Assembly (NCBI GenBank): GCA_003151895.1
Contig: PLYX01000062.1
Coordinates: 5,427 to 44,679 of the forward strand
Direction: 5' to 3'
Length of the DNA: 39,253 nt
From: Solirubrobacterales bacterium
GTDB lineage: Bacteria > Actinomycetota > Thermoleophilia > Solirubrobacterales > Solirubrobacteraceae
A program made the translations under genes and the position numbers. The notes beneath the pieces are model-generated. The model had not been told where the DNA came from. It searched no databases and saw only the letters and a list, made by a program, of their open reading frames with translations. How positions within the stretch are numbered: the stretch's first letter is position 1; each line of letters begins with the position of its first letter. Below, piece by piece: positions 9,388 to 18,372 of this stretch.

Positions 9388-12300
9388 GTGATCGCCCTGC
9401 ACGCCGTCTGGTCGCGCGACTCGCAGCTTTGCGTGTGGGGAGAGGACCCTGATCTGCCCGCGCGGGCCCCGAGGCGTCGCGGGGGCAGACCGGCGAAACC
9501 GCGGCCACGCAAGCATCCGTTCGCCTGCTCGGCGCCGGATCTGGATGGAGCGTTCGATGCCTTGGGAGTTTCGCTCGAGTCCGACGCGCTCCTCGAGCGC
9601 GAGCTACACCTGATGCTGCCCTCCTCCGACGACGGACCCCAGCACTCGCCGCAGCTGTTGCGGGGAGACGAGCAGCGGCGCCAAGGAAACGCGAACCTGC
9701 TTGACCCCTGGGTGGTTCCGGCGGTCGGGCTCGGGCCGGCCGCCGCGCTCGATGTGCTGCTCGCGCTGCCGACCACCCCCGGCTACGCCGGCGGCGCCGT
9801 TCAGCCCGCGGGTGTGGCGCTCGGCGATTCGCTGTGGTTCCTGGCCGAGGCGGGCAAGCTCGCGCTCGAGCTGGTTGCGCGCGGCCGGCTGCTCCCCGGG
9901 TTGGCGCGGCGTGAGGAGGGGTGGGTCGCGTGGTGGCGGGCGATGCCCGGCGATCCCGACGATGCGGAGCGCGTGCGGATGCTGGTTGCGGCTATGCCTC
10001 CGCTCGTCCGGGCGGAGACCTCGTCCTCCGAGGAGGGCAATGCGCCCGAGGCGGTGGTGGGCGATCTGCTGGGGGCTGTCGTCGATGCGTGTGCGCGGAG
10101 CTTTCTCGCCGACGGACTCGCCGGGCGGCGAACGCGCCGGCGGTCCAAGCGCAGGCTCCCGGTCGTCGACGCATGGGTTGCGGCGCTGACGGACCCCGAT
10201 CCGGTCGTCATCGACGGGGACGAGCGCGAGCTGGCGGCGCTCGCCGAGGAGGTCGACGAGTGGCGGCAGGCGGGGGAGCGGTATGCGGAGCACCGCATGT
10301 TCCGGACCTGCTTTCGGCTGTGCGAGCCGGAGGAGCCGGTGGGGTGGTCGGAGGGCGAGCTTCAAGCCGAGTCCGACGGCGGCCTGGGTGTGGATGGAGA
10401 CGGGCCGGACTCCGATCCCTGGCGTGTCGAGTTCCTGCTCCAGGCCAAGGACGATCCGAGCGTGCTCGTCCCGGCCGAGCAGGTGTGGAGCTCCAACGGG
10501 AGCGGACTGAAGGCGCTCGGCCACCGGCTGGCGGATCCGCAGGAGCGATTGCTCGGCGGGCTCGGTCATGCGCTGCGGCTGTGGCCCGCCCTTGAGCCGG
10601 CGCTGCGCGAGGCCGCCCCGACCGGTGTCGATCTGGCCCCGGAGGCCGCGATCGGGTTCGTGCGCGACGCCGCGCCCGCGCTCGAGCAGGCCGGCTTCGG
10701 TGTGCTCGCGCCGCCGTGGTGGAACAAGCGGCTGCGTCTCAAGCTGAAAGTGGAACCGTTCGGTGAGATCGAGGAGGGGAGCGGGCTGTTCGGCCTCGAC
10801 GGCCTGTGCGCGTACGAGTGGAGGATCGCCGTCGGCGACGCGACGCTCTCGCTGGCCGAGCTGCGTGAGCTGGCGGCGCTGAAGCTGCCGCTGGTGATGG
10901 CTCGCGGGCGCTGGATCGTGCTGCGCCCGGAGGACGTCGAGGCGGCGCTCGCGTTCTTCGAGCGCCGCGCCGAGCGGGGTCAGGCGCCGGCGGGGGAGCT
11001 CATCCGCGAGAGCCTCGGCCTGGGCGCCGGCGCCGAGGCCAAGACCGACTCGCCGGCCGTCGAGATCGAGGCCGGTGGGTGGCTGAAGGAGCTGCTCTCC
11101 ACGAACGGCGACCGCAAGCTGCAGGAGGTTTCCACGCCCGCCACCTTCGAGGGGGAGCTTCGGCCTTACCAGCAGCGAGGACTCGCATGGCTCTCGTTCC
11201 TGTCGAGCCTCGGCCTCGGCGCGTGCCTGGCGGACGACATGGGCCTTGGCAAGACGGTGCAGCTGCTGGCGCTCTTGCTCGCCGAGCGCGAGCATGCCGA
11301 GCGGCGGTCTCATGGGTCGCAGTCCGATGGGTCAACCCAAATAACTGCAACCCGGACCCAACGTGGCGCCGGCAAACCTCGGCGCAAACGCCTGGCGCCG
11401 ACGCTGCTTGTCTGTCCGATGTCGGTCGCGGGCAACTGGGAGCGCGAGGCACAGCGGTTCGCGCCGAGCCTGCGCGTTCACGTGCATCACGGCCCCGAAC
11501 GGCTGGTGGACAAGCAGTTCGCGCGCGCCGCGCGCGCGAGCGATCTCGTGATCACGACCTATGCGCTCGCGACCCGCGACCGCGACACGCTCGCCGCGGT
11601 GAAGTGGGAGCGGATCGCGCTCGACGAGGCGCAGAACATCAAGACGATCGACACCAAGCAGACGCGCGCGATCCGCTCGCTGCCGGGCCGTCACCGCGTC
11701 GCGCTCACGGGCACTCCGGTGGAGAACCGCCTGACCGAGCTTCACTCGATCATGGACTTCCTCAACCCGGGGCTGCTGGGCCCGGCGGCGACGTTCAAGC
11801 GCTGCTACGCGACACCGATCGAGCGCTATCGCGACGAGCACGCCACCGCGCTTCTGCGGCGGGCGACCGGCCCGTTCATCCTGCGCCGCCTGAAGACCGA
11901 CAAGCAGATCATCACCGACCTGCCCGAGAAGATCGAGATGCGCGTCGACTGCCACCTGACGAAGGAGCAGGCGAGCCTGTATGAGGCGGTCGTCGAGGAG
12001 ATGCTCCAGAAGGCGGCGCAGGTCGAAGGGATCGAGCGCTCCGGGGTGATCCTGGCGGCGCTGGTGAAGCTCAAGCAGGTGTGCAACCACCCGGCGCACC
12101 TGCTCAAGGACCGCTCCAACCTGGACGGCCGCTCGGGCAAGCTCGCGCGCCTGGAGGAGATCCTCGCCGAAGCGCTCGCCGAGGGCGACCGCGCGCTCTG
12201 CTTCACCCAGTTCGCCGAGTTCGGGCACATGCTGCGCGGACATCTGCAGGAGCGTCTCGGCCGCGAGGTCATGTTCCTGCACGGCGGCACCTCCAGGGGC

Positions 12301-12672
12301 GACCGCGACGAGATGGTGCAGCGGTTCCAGGGTGATGATGGCCCGCCCGTGTTCGTGCTGTCGCTGAAGGCGGGCGGCACCGGGCTCAATCTCACCGCCG
12401 CCAACCACGTGGTCCACTTCGACCGCTGGTGGAACCCCGCGGTGGAGGATCAGGCGACCGACCGGGCGTTCCGTATAGGGCAGAAGAAGAACGTGCAGGT
12501 GCGCAAGCTGACGTGCGTGGGCACGCTCGAGGAGCGCATCGACACGCTGATCAATCGCAAGAAGGACCTGGCCGACCGCATCGTGGGCACCGGCGAGGCC
12601 TGGATAACGGAGCTCGACACCGCCCAGCTGCGCGAGCTGGTGACGCTCTCCGCCGACGCGGTGGCGGACTGA
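9388..12672 (+). CDS. SNF2/SWI2-family (DEAD/DEAH-box) helicase with DUF3670-like N-terminal region
   Basis: LRPYQ, LADDMGLGKT, DEAQNIK, LTGTPVEN, KQVCNHP, SGK, SLKAGGTGLNLT and WWNPAVEDQATDRAFRIGQ. GTG 9388 lies 6 nt after a CAGAAT -10-like hexamer. Confidence 0.95.
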   Translation: MIALHAVWSRDSQLCVWGEDPDLPARAPRRRGGRPAKPRPRKHPFACSAPDLDGAFDALGVSLESDALLERELHLMLPSSDDGPQHSPQLLRGDEQRRQGNANLLDPWVVPAVGLGPAAALDVLLALPTTPGYAGGAVQPAGVALGDSLWFLAEAGKLALELVARGRLLPGLARREEGWVAWWRAMPGDPDDAERVRMLVAAMPPLVRAETSSSEEGNAPEAVVGDLLGAVVDACARSFLADGLAGRRTRRRSKRRLPVVDAWVAALTDPDPVVIDGDERELAALAEEVDEWRQAGERYAEHRMFRTCFRLCEPEEPVGWSEGELQAESDGGLGVDGDGPDSDPWRVEFLLQAKDDPSVLVPAEQVWSSNGSGLKALGHRLADPQERLLGGLGHALRLWPALEPALREAAPTGVDLAPEAAIGFVRDAAPALEQAGFGVLAPPWWNKRLRLKLKVEPFGEIEEGSGLFGLDGLCAYEWRIAVGDATLSLAELRELAALKLPLVMARGRWIVLRPEDVEAALAFFERRAERGQAPAGELIRESLGLGAGAEAKTDSPAVEIEAGGWLKELLSTNGDRKLQEVSTPATFEGELRPYQQRGLAWLSFLSSLGLGACLADDMGLGKTVQLLALLLAEREHAERRSHGSQSDGSTQITATRTQRGAGKPRRKRLAPTLLVCPMSVAGNWEREAQRFAPSLRVHVHHGPERLVDKQFARAARASDLVITTYALATRDRDTLAAVKWERIALDEAQNIKTIDTKQTRAIRSLPGRHRVALTGTPVENRLTELHSIMDFLNPGLLGPAATFKRCYATPIERYRDEHATALLRRATGPFILRRLKTDKQIITDLPEKIEMRVDCHLTKEQASLYEAVVEEMLQKAAQVEGIERSGVILAALVKLKQVCNHPAHLLKDRSNLDGRSGKLARLEEILAEALAEGDRALCFTQFAEFGHMLRGHLQERLGREVMFLHGGTSRGDRDEMVQRFQGDDGPPVFVLSLKAGGTGLNLTAANHVVHFDRWWNPAVEDQATDRAFRIGQKKNVQVRKLTCVGTLEERIDTLINRKKDLADRIVGTGEAWITELDTAQLRELVTLSADAVAD
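11314..11353. repeat. Palindromic element inserted in frame in the SNF2 helicase
   Basis: GGGTCGCAGT...ACTGCAACCC outer stem (9/10) with an inner TGGG-TCAA-CCCA stem. Locally AT-richer codons; lies in a non-conserved loop between motifs I and Ia. Confidence 0.55.
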
Positions 12673-12710
12673 CGGGTGACCCCTTCGACCATGACTTCGA
12701 CTGCCTGACG

Positions 12711-13592
12711 ATGACCCCCTTCGACCACCACCCCTTCTACGAGCCCTCGCGGCCATTGCCGGCGCAGGGCGGCATCGAGGCGCGCAGCCGGCGCGGGGCG
12801 ATCGGCGAGACATGGTGGTCGAGGCGTTTCATCGAGCTGCTCGAGTCCTTCGGCGCCGGCTCGCGGCTGACGCGCGGACGCACCTACGCCCGCGCCGGCC
12901 AGGTCGTCGAGCTCGACGTCGAGCACGGGGTGGTCTTGGCGAAAGTGCAGGGGTCGCGCTACTCGCCCTACCGCGTGCGCATCCGCTTCAAGGCGCTCAC
13001 CGAGAACCAGTGGGGTCGGGCGGAGAAGGCGATGGCCTCGCAGGCCCTGCCGCTCGCGAAGCTGCTCGCGGGCGAGATGCCGCACGACGTCGAGGAGCTG
13101 TTCGCCTCCCGCAAGCTGGCGCTGTTCCCGCGCTCCGTGAGCGAGCTGACCGCGACCTGCAACTGCCCGGACGGGGAGAACCCGTGCAAGCACATCGCGG
13201 CCGTCTATTACATCCTCGCCGAGCGCTTCGACGAGGACCCCTTCCTGATCTTCACGTGGAGAGGGCGCGACCAGGACGAGCTCCTGGAGCGCCTGCGTGC
13301 CCGTCGCGTGCCCGTCAGTCGCGGCGCCGGAACGAGCGCGGAGTCCACGCGGGCCCCTCAAGCGCCCGAACCAGGCGTGCCACTGTCCACCGTGCTCGAC
13401 TCGTTCTGGCAAAGCGGCCCCGAGCTGGAGGCTCTCCACGTGAGCCCGCTCGCCGGCGAGGCGACCGACGCGCTTCTGCGCCAGCTCGGCCCCGCGCCGG
13501 TCGAGGTAGGGGGGCGGAATCTCGCCGAGCTCCTCACACCCGCCTACGCGACACTGGCGCGGGCGGCGGAACAGAGAGCGCTGGCCGAGTAG
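12711..13592 (+). CDS. SWIM zinc-finger protein, usual partner of this SNF2 helicase
   Basis: WW.RRF...LE, RL.RGR.YAR.G.V, VQGSR..PY, SWIM CNCPD...PCKHIAA and DPFLIF.WRG. ATG 12711 preferred. Confidence 0.9.
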   Translation: MTPFDHHPFYEPSRPLPAQGGIEARSRRGAIGETWWSRRFIELLESFGAGSRLTRGRTYARAGQVVELDVEHGVVLAKVQGSRYSPYRVRIRFKALTENQWGRAEKAMASQALPLAKLLAGEMPHDVEELFASRKLALFPRSVSELTATCNCPDGENPCKHIAAVYYILAERFDEDPFLIFTWRGRDQDELLERLRARRVPVSRGAGTSAESTRAPQAPEPGVPLSTVLDSFWQSGPELEALHVSPLAGEATDALLRQLGPAPVEVGGRNLAELLTPAYATLARAAEQRALAE

Positions 13593-13688
13593 CGTCTCCC
13601 GTCGCCGAGAAGCGTCACTTCGGATCGAGTCGTCGCAGTCGCTGGTTCGGCCGCTGATCGCCGAGCGCGCGGCGCCGCGACTGTGAGA

Positions 13689-14999
13689 TCAGGGACCGAG
13701 GAGTGCCGCCGGTACGACCGCTATCCCGTCGGGGCGTCGGTAGGCCGCCGGTCCCGTTGTCACCACAACGGCGTCCACCAGGTCGCCGCCGAGTTCTTTT
13801 TGGAGCCAGAGAAGATGACGTACGTCTCGGTCGTCGGGTACTTGGCCGAGCTTCACCTCGAGCGCGAGGATCGCGCTCCCGCGCTCGACGATCAGGTCGA
13901 CCTCCCGGTCGCCGCTCCAGGTGCGGAGGTGCGCGGTTCGTGCCTCGGCGTGCTGCGCGTACACGCGAACGCAGAGCGTGACCAGCGACTCGAATAGGGC
14001 TCCGAGGAGCGTTCCGTCACGAGGTATTGGGGGTCCGGCCGGCCGCGCGTGCAGCAACGCATCCGCGTCGACATCGAGCAGCCTCGCGGCGAGCGCCGGA
14101 TCTGCGAGGTGATGCTTTGGTGGTGAGGAGAGACGGGCGAGCCGGTTTCGAGTTGGCAACCAGGCTGGGATCGGGTCGAGAATCCAGAGGCGCTCGAGCA
14201 CGTCGCGATATGGCTGCGTCGTGGCCCTGGTCGGCGTCTCGCCACGGTCGCTCGTTGCCGCATCCCTGATCTTCTCGTGGGAGGCGGATGTCGCGGTGGC
14301 CGCGGCATACGCATGCATCCATCGTCGCAGCATGGCTGGCCTTCGTACCTGGCGACCGAGATCCTCGAAGTCACGATCGACGATGCGCTCGAGGTAACCG
14401 TCGAGCTGTGCTCGCAGCAGGCGAGGGGAGAGGCCGCGGAGGGCGGGAAATCCGGATGCGAGGATCTCCTCCACGTAGTGATCAAGGCCTATGTCGGTAC
14501 GTCCGCCGATCGGTGCTCGGCCCCCCGCGAGAAGCTCGCTCAAGCTGACGGTTGGGGCGCCTACGCCGCGCTCGGCGAGTGTCATCGGCCGCAAGCGCAC
14601 ACGAACGATTCTGCCGGCTCCCGAATGCGTCGGAGGGCTTGCCGGCGAGGCTGAGCCGGTGAGAAGGAAGCTCCCTGGACCAGCGCCGTCGTCGACCGCC
14701 CGTCGCACGCGGTCGAAAGACGCTGGGAAGCGCTGCCACTCGTCGATGAGGACTGGCCGCTTGCCCTCGAGGAGTCGTGATGGGTCAGCTTGGACGATGG
14801 ACCGTTCGGCATCGTCGTCGAGTCGGTAGATCGTCGCCGCACGTCGCAGCGCGGTCGCGGTCTTGCCGACGGCCTTCGGGCCGTCGATCGCTATGGCGGG
14901 CAGGCCGGCGAGCAGCTCGTCGAGCTCGTCGTCGACCACGCGCCGCCGGTAGGGGTCTTTGGCGGTGTCGGCTGGGTTGTGGTCGTCGGCCCTGGGCAC
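13689..14999 (-). CDS. AAA+ ATPase with C-terminal DUF4143 / PD-(D/E)XK nuclease-like domain
   Basis: Walker A GPKAVGKT, Walker B VLIDEWQ, LLTGSA, SGAGRI, PKHHLADPAL, G.LFES and EVDLIVE...ALEVK. Confidence 0.88.
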   Translation of the reverse strand: MPRADDHNPADTAKDPYRRRVVDDELDELLAGLPAIAIDGPKAVGKTATALRRAATIYRLDDDAERSIVQADPSRLLEGKRPVLIDEWQRFPASFDRVRRAVDDGAGPGSFLLTGSASPASPPTHSGAGRIVRVRLRPMTLAERGVGAPTVSLSELLAGGRAPIGGRTDIGLDHYVEEILASGFPALRGLSPRLLRAQLDGYLERIVDRDFEDLGRQVRRPAMLRRWMHAYAAATATSASHEKIRDAATSDRGETPTRATTQPYRDVLERLWILDPIPAWLPTRNRLARLSSPPKHHLADPALAARLLDVDADALLHARPAGPPIPRDGTLLGALFESLVTLCVRVYAQHAEARTAHLRTWSGDREVDLIVERGSAILALEVKLGQVPDDRDVRHLLWLQKELGGDLVDAVVVTTGPAAYRRPDGIAVVPAALLGP

Positions 15000-15004
15000 A
15001 TCTC

Positions 15005-15073
15005 TACTATACAGTTTCGCAGTGCACTACAGGACAGTTACGCGGCCGCTTACAGGACGTTGTCGTAGGTGCT
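15005..15073. repeat. Three degenerate 23-nt direct repeats just upstream of the DUF4143 ATPase
   Basis: TACTATACAGTTTCGCAGTGCAC / TACAGGACAGTTACGCGGCCGCT / TACAGGACGTTGTCGTAGGTGCT, starting at 15005, 15028 and 15051. Confidence 0.55.
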
Positions 15074-15170
15074 TCCCACGCCGCGGGTCAGGTGAGAGGC
15101 CCTCCTTCCGTGGCACGCTCACCGACTGAGGCTCCTCGGTTCTCGGCGGTGGTGCTAGTTTCGGGAGATC

Positions 15171-15866
15171 ATGGCAGCGCAAGAGTCGCCACCGGCCGAG
15201 CCCTCCGAGCCCCCGTCGAGCGGGGGGCTGAACCTGCGCGTGGCGCTCGCGCTCGTCGTGCTGCTCGTGATCGCCGGAGGCGTGGCGGTGTTGAGCCTGG
15301 GTGGCGGGAGCAGTCGTCCGAGCGCCGGGAACATCCACGGCGTGGCGTCGCCCAAGTACAGCGGCTCGCTTGCCTCGCCCCCCGAGGCCGAGCCTCCGCT
15401 CGCATTGCGCAACTACAGGGGCGAACGAGTGAACATCGCCGAGTACAAGGGCAAGGCGGTGCTCGTGACATTCCTCTACACCAAATGTCCGGACGTGTGC
15501 CCGCTGATCGCGTCCAATCTCGGTGTGGCGCTGAACGCGATGGGGCCCGCGAACGCGTCCAAGGTACAGGTGATCGCGGTGTCGGTGGATCCTCGCGGCG
15601 ACACTCCCAAGGCGGTGGCGGTGTTCCTGCAGCGTCACGGGGTGGCTGGGCGGATGCAGTACTTGATCGGCGCGGCGCACGAACTGGCGCGCGTGTGGAA
15701 GGCGTGGGGGGTTGGCGCCGAACAGGACGCCCAGCAGCCGCAGCTTGTCAATCACACCGGGCTGGTGTACGGGATCAGCGCGCAAGGCAAGGTGACGACC
15801 CTGTACGCGGCGAGCTTCACCCCCCAGGAAATCGCGCACGACGCGCCTCTGCTGGCGACGAGCTGA
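15171..15866 (+). CDS. SCO1/SenC-family copper chaperone
   Basis: N-terminal TM anchor; FLYTKCPDVCP (CxxxC), SVDPRGDT and the conserved His in NHTG. Confidence 0.92.
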   Translation: MAAQESPPAEPSEPPSSGGLNLRVALALVVLLVIAGGVAVLSLGGGSSRPSAGNIHGVASPKYSGSLASPPEAEPPLALRNYRGERVNIAEYKGKAVLVTFLYTKCPDVCPLIASNLGVALNAMGPANASKVQVIAVSVDPRGDTPKAVAVFLQRHGVAGRMQYLIGAAHELARVWKAWGVGAEQDAQQPQLVNHTGLVYGISAQGKVTTLYAASFTPQEIAHDAPLLATS

Positions 15867-15900
15867 ATACCTCTGCAACGGGCCGGCGGGTCGGCGCGGC

Positions 15901-16803
15901 TCAGGTTCGCTCGACTGTGTCGGACACGGCCTCCAGACGCCGGCGCAGCTCCGCGCCGCGACCGGCGCTCACCGCCCGCGTGGCGCGCTCCTCGGTCAGC
16001 TGCAACCCATGGGAGCTCGCGAAGTCGAGCAGGTCCTGGCGTTCCTCGCCCTGCTGTGCGGTGCGCAGGAAAAGCCAGCAGAACAGGCACAGGGTGAGGA
16101 TGCTCTCCTCGATCATCATCACCGCGCCGGCGAGGTTCTGGTCGGCGATCTGAGAGACGTGCCACACCGCGTCGCCGTGCGTGTAGAACGGGTAGAAGGC
16201 GGTGCCCGACCACAGGAACACGTTGCCAAGCACGGTGCCGGCGAGACGCACGGCGACGATGTAGCCGAGCTTCGCGAGATTGCCGAACCAGCGCGGCATC
16301 GGCAGCGGCCCGAACAGGCACATCCACATGTTGATCCCCAGCCCGAGGAACATGGCGTGCTCGAGCAGGTGCACGCCGGTGTGACGCAACGCCGCTTCGT
16401 AGAAGACGGGCAGGTGCCACACATACAGGTCGATCGCCCACAAGGGGAAGGCGATCAGCGGGTGGGCGAGGATGCGCAGGCGGTCGAACAGCTTGACGCG
16501 CAGGATCGGCGCGATCAGGGGACCGGTCAAGCCGAGCACGATCAGCAGGGCGGCGATGTCGCCGAGCAGCAGGTGCTCGACCATGTGGGCGGTGAGCAGT
16601 TCCTGGCTGTCGCTCCCGAGCGAGGTGAGCGCGGCGCCGATCGTGAGGAACCCGCCGTAGAAGCACGCCTGGCGCCAGCCCGGCACGGGCCGGTCCTGGC
16701 GCCCCAGCGTGTGCACCCGCTTGGCGTAGGCGAGACCCAGCAGGGCCAGTGGCCCGAGTTGCGTGAGCGCCTCGACGGCGGTGGACGTGGCGAGGGTGGG
16801 CAT
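15901..16803 (-). CDS. ctaG: Second CtaG-family cytochrome c oxidase assembly protein
   Basis: AHMVEHLLLGD, WHLP, HLLEH and DQNLAGAVMMIE motifs. Start is ATG 16803 or GTG 16809; the track start at 16917 overlaps the neighbour. Confidence 0.85.
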   Translation of the reverse strand: MPTLATSTAVEALTQLGPLALLGLAYAKRVHTLGRQDRPVPGWRQACFYGGFLTIGAALTSLGSDSQELLTAHMVEHLLLGDIAALLIVLGLTGPLIAPILRVKLFDRLRILAHPLIAFPLWAIDLYVWHLPVFYEAALRHTGVHLLEHAMFLGLGINMWMCLFGPLPMPRWFGNLAKLGYIVAVRLAGTVLGNVFLWSGTAFYPFYTHGDAVWHVSQIADQNLAGAVMMIEESILTLCLFCWLFLRTAQQGEERQDLLDFASSHGLQLTEERATRAVSAGRGAELRRRLEAVSDTVERT

Positions 16804-16889
16804 GAGCACCAGAGTTGCAGCGTACGACGTGAGCGAGCCCGCGGTGACCGGGCGGGCGCGTGGCGCTCGTGACGTAGACTGGCGCGCGC

Positions 16890-18326
16890 ATGCTCCCCAT
16901 CCGTCGTCTGCTGCCATCCGCGCTCGGCGGCCTTGGCATCGCGGCGCTGCTGTTCCCGCAGGGCGCCTCGGCGCACGGGATCGTGGGGAAGGCCGACCTG
17001 CCGATCCCCGTGTGGCTGTTCAGCTGGACCGCGGCGATCGTGCTGGTGGTGTCGTTCGTGGCGCTCTCGACGCTGTGGACGCGCCCCGCACTGCAGAGCG
17101 AGCATCGCAAACGGCTGTTCACGATGCCCGCGGTTGTTGCGTTCCTGCCAAATGTTTTTGGGGTAGGGCTGTTCGTTCTGGTGGTGTACGCCGGCTTTGC
17201 GGGAGCCCAGGTGCCTAACGCGAACTTCTCACCGACCTTCATCTACGTGGTGTTCTGGGTGGGTCTCCCGGTGGCGAGCGTGTTGTTCGGCGACGTGTTC
17301 AGAGCATTCAGTCCGTGGCGCTCGTGCGCGCGGGCGATCTGGTGGTCATGCCGTCGCACTGCTCCTCGATCGTTCGAGCGAGCGCCGTTGCGCTACCCGG
17401 AGAGGCTTGGCGTATGGCCGGCGGTGGCTGCACTTGTCGGGTTTGCGTGGCTCGAGCTCGTATATGTCCAGGCCGATCGCGACCACCCGGCGACTCTCGC
17501 GACGCTGTCGCTCGCCTACTTCCTGGTGATGCTCGTCGGGATGTTGTTGTTCGGCGTGGAGGAGTGGGGGCAGCGGGCGGACGGTTTCGGCGTCTACTTC
17601 AACCTGCTCTCGCGTATCTCCGTGCTCTGCAGGGATGGGCGCGGCGTGATCTGCTCGCGCCGGCTGCTGAGCGGCCTGCCCGACATGCCGGTGGTGGCCG
17701 GCACCGTGACGCTCGTGTGCGCGGTGATCGGCACCACCACCTTCGACGGCCTCAGCAACAACGTAAGTGTGTGGGGCAAAGTCGAGCCCAGTCTCCAGAG
17801 CGTGTTCTCCGGTCTCGGCTTCACCCAAACACCCGCGTTCGAGCTCGCCTACTCGGTGGGGCTCGTGTTGTGCGTGGCGCTCATCGCAGGCGTCTACCGG
17901 CTGGGGATAGTTGGAGTGCACAGCGTGAGCCCCGGCTTCACCGCCGCAGAGCTCCGCCGCAAGTTCGCCCACACGCTCGTGCCGATCGGCTTCGCCTACG
18001 TGCTCGCCCACTACTTCTCGCTGCTCATCTGGCAGGGTCAGGCGATCGGCTACCTGGCGTCCGACCCGCTCGGCAACGGCGCCAACCTGTTCGGCACGAG
18101 CGCCTATCAGATCGACTACGCGATCGTCTCCTATGCGGCGATCTGGTACGTGCAGGTCGCGGCGCTCATCGCCGGTCACGTGGGAGGGCTCACGCTCGCG
18201 CACGACCGCGCGCTCGCCACCTACCGCGACGGGCAGGAGGCGATCCGCTCGCAGTACTGGATGCTCGCCGTGATGGTCGCGTTCACGAGCTTCGGGCTGT
18301 GGCTGCTCTCCGCCGTCGGCACCTGA
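16890..18326 (+). CDS. Uncharacterised polytopic membrane protein with N-terminal His after the signal peptide (family often annotated 'fenitrothion hydrolase')
   Basis: Signal peptide ending ASA|HG, then DLPIP.W, W.ELV, TTFDG, PIGFAY..AHY, GHV...AHD and QYWML..MV; many TM helices. Confidence 0.75.
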   Translation: MLPIRRLLPSALGGLGIAALLFPQGASAHGIVGKADLPIPVWLFSWTAAIVLVVSFVALSTLWTRPALQSEHRKRLFTMPAVVAFLPNVFGVGLFVLVVYAGFAGAQVPNANFSPTFIYVVFWVGLPVASVLFGDVFRAFSPWRSCARAIWWSCRRTAPRSFERAPLRYPERLGVWPAVAALVGFAWLELVYVQADRDHPATLATLSLAYFLVMLVGMLLFGVEEWGQRADGFGVYFNLLSRISVLCRDGRGVICSRRLLSGLPDMPVVAGTVTLVCAVIGTTTFDGLSNNVSVWGKVEPSLQSVFSGLGFTQTPAFELAYSVGLVLCVALIAGVYRLGIVGVHSVSPGFTAAELRRKFAHTLVPIGFAYVLAHYFSLLIWQGQAIGYLASDPLGNGANLFGTSAYQIDYAIVSYAAIWYVQVAALIAGHVGGLTLAHDRALATYRDGQEAIRSQYWMLAVMVAFTSFGLWLLSAVGT

Positions 18327-18372
18327 GCATCATGTTGCTTGCACCCGTCCCTTCGAGCTCCGAGGAGCATTC

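Noticed and set aside
13593-13688. Possible gene remnant (VAEKRHFGSSRRSRWFGR*) or hairpin between SWIM and the ATPase
   Set aside because: Too short to assign, and the 7-bp inverted match is expected by chance in GC-rich DNA.
15005-15073. Possible mini-CRISPR array
   Set aside because: Units are contiguous and degenerate with no unique spacers, and no cas genes are present; kept as operator-like repeats.
5356-17242. Many long antisense or alternate-frame ORFs (e.g. 5356-6954, 9604-11313, 11332-12813, 14777-16153, 15752-17242)
   Set aside because: They overlap well-supported genes, lack motifs and are expected from stop-codon scarcity at this GC content.
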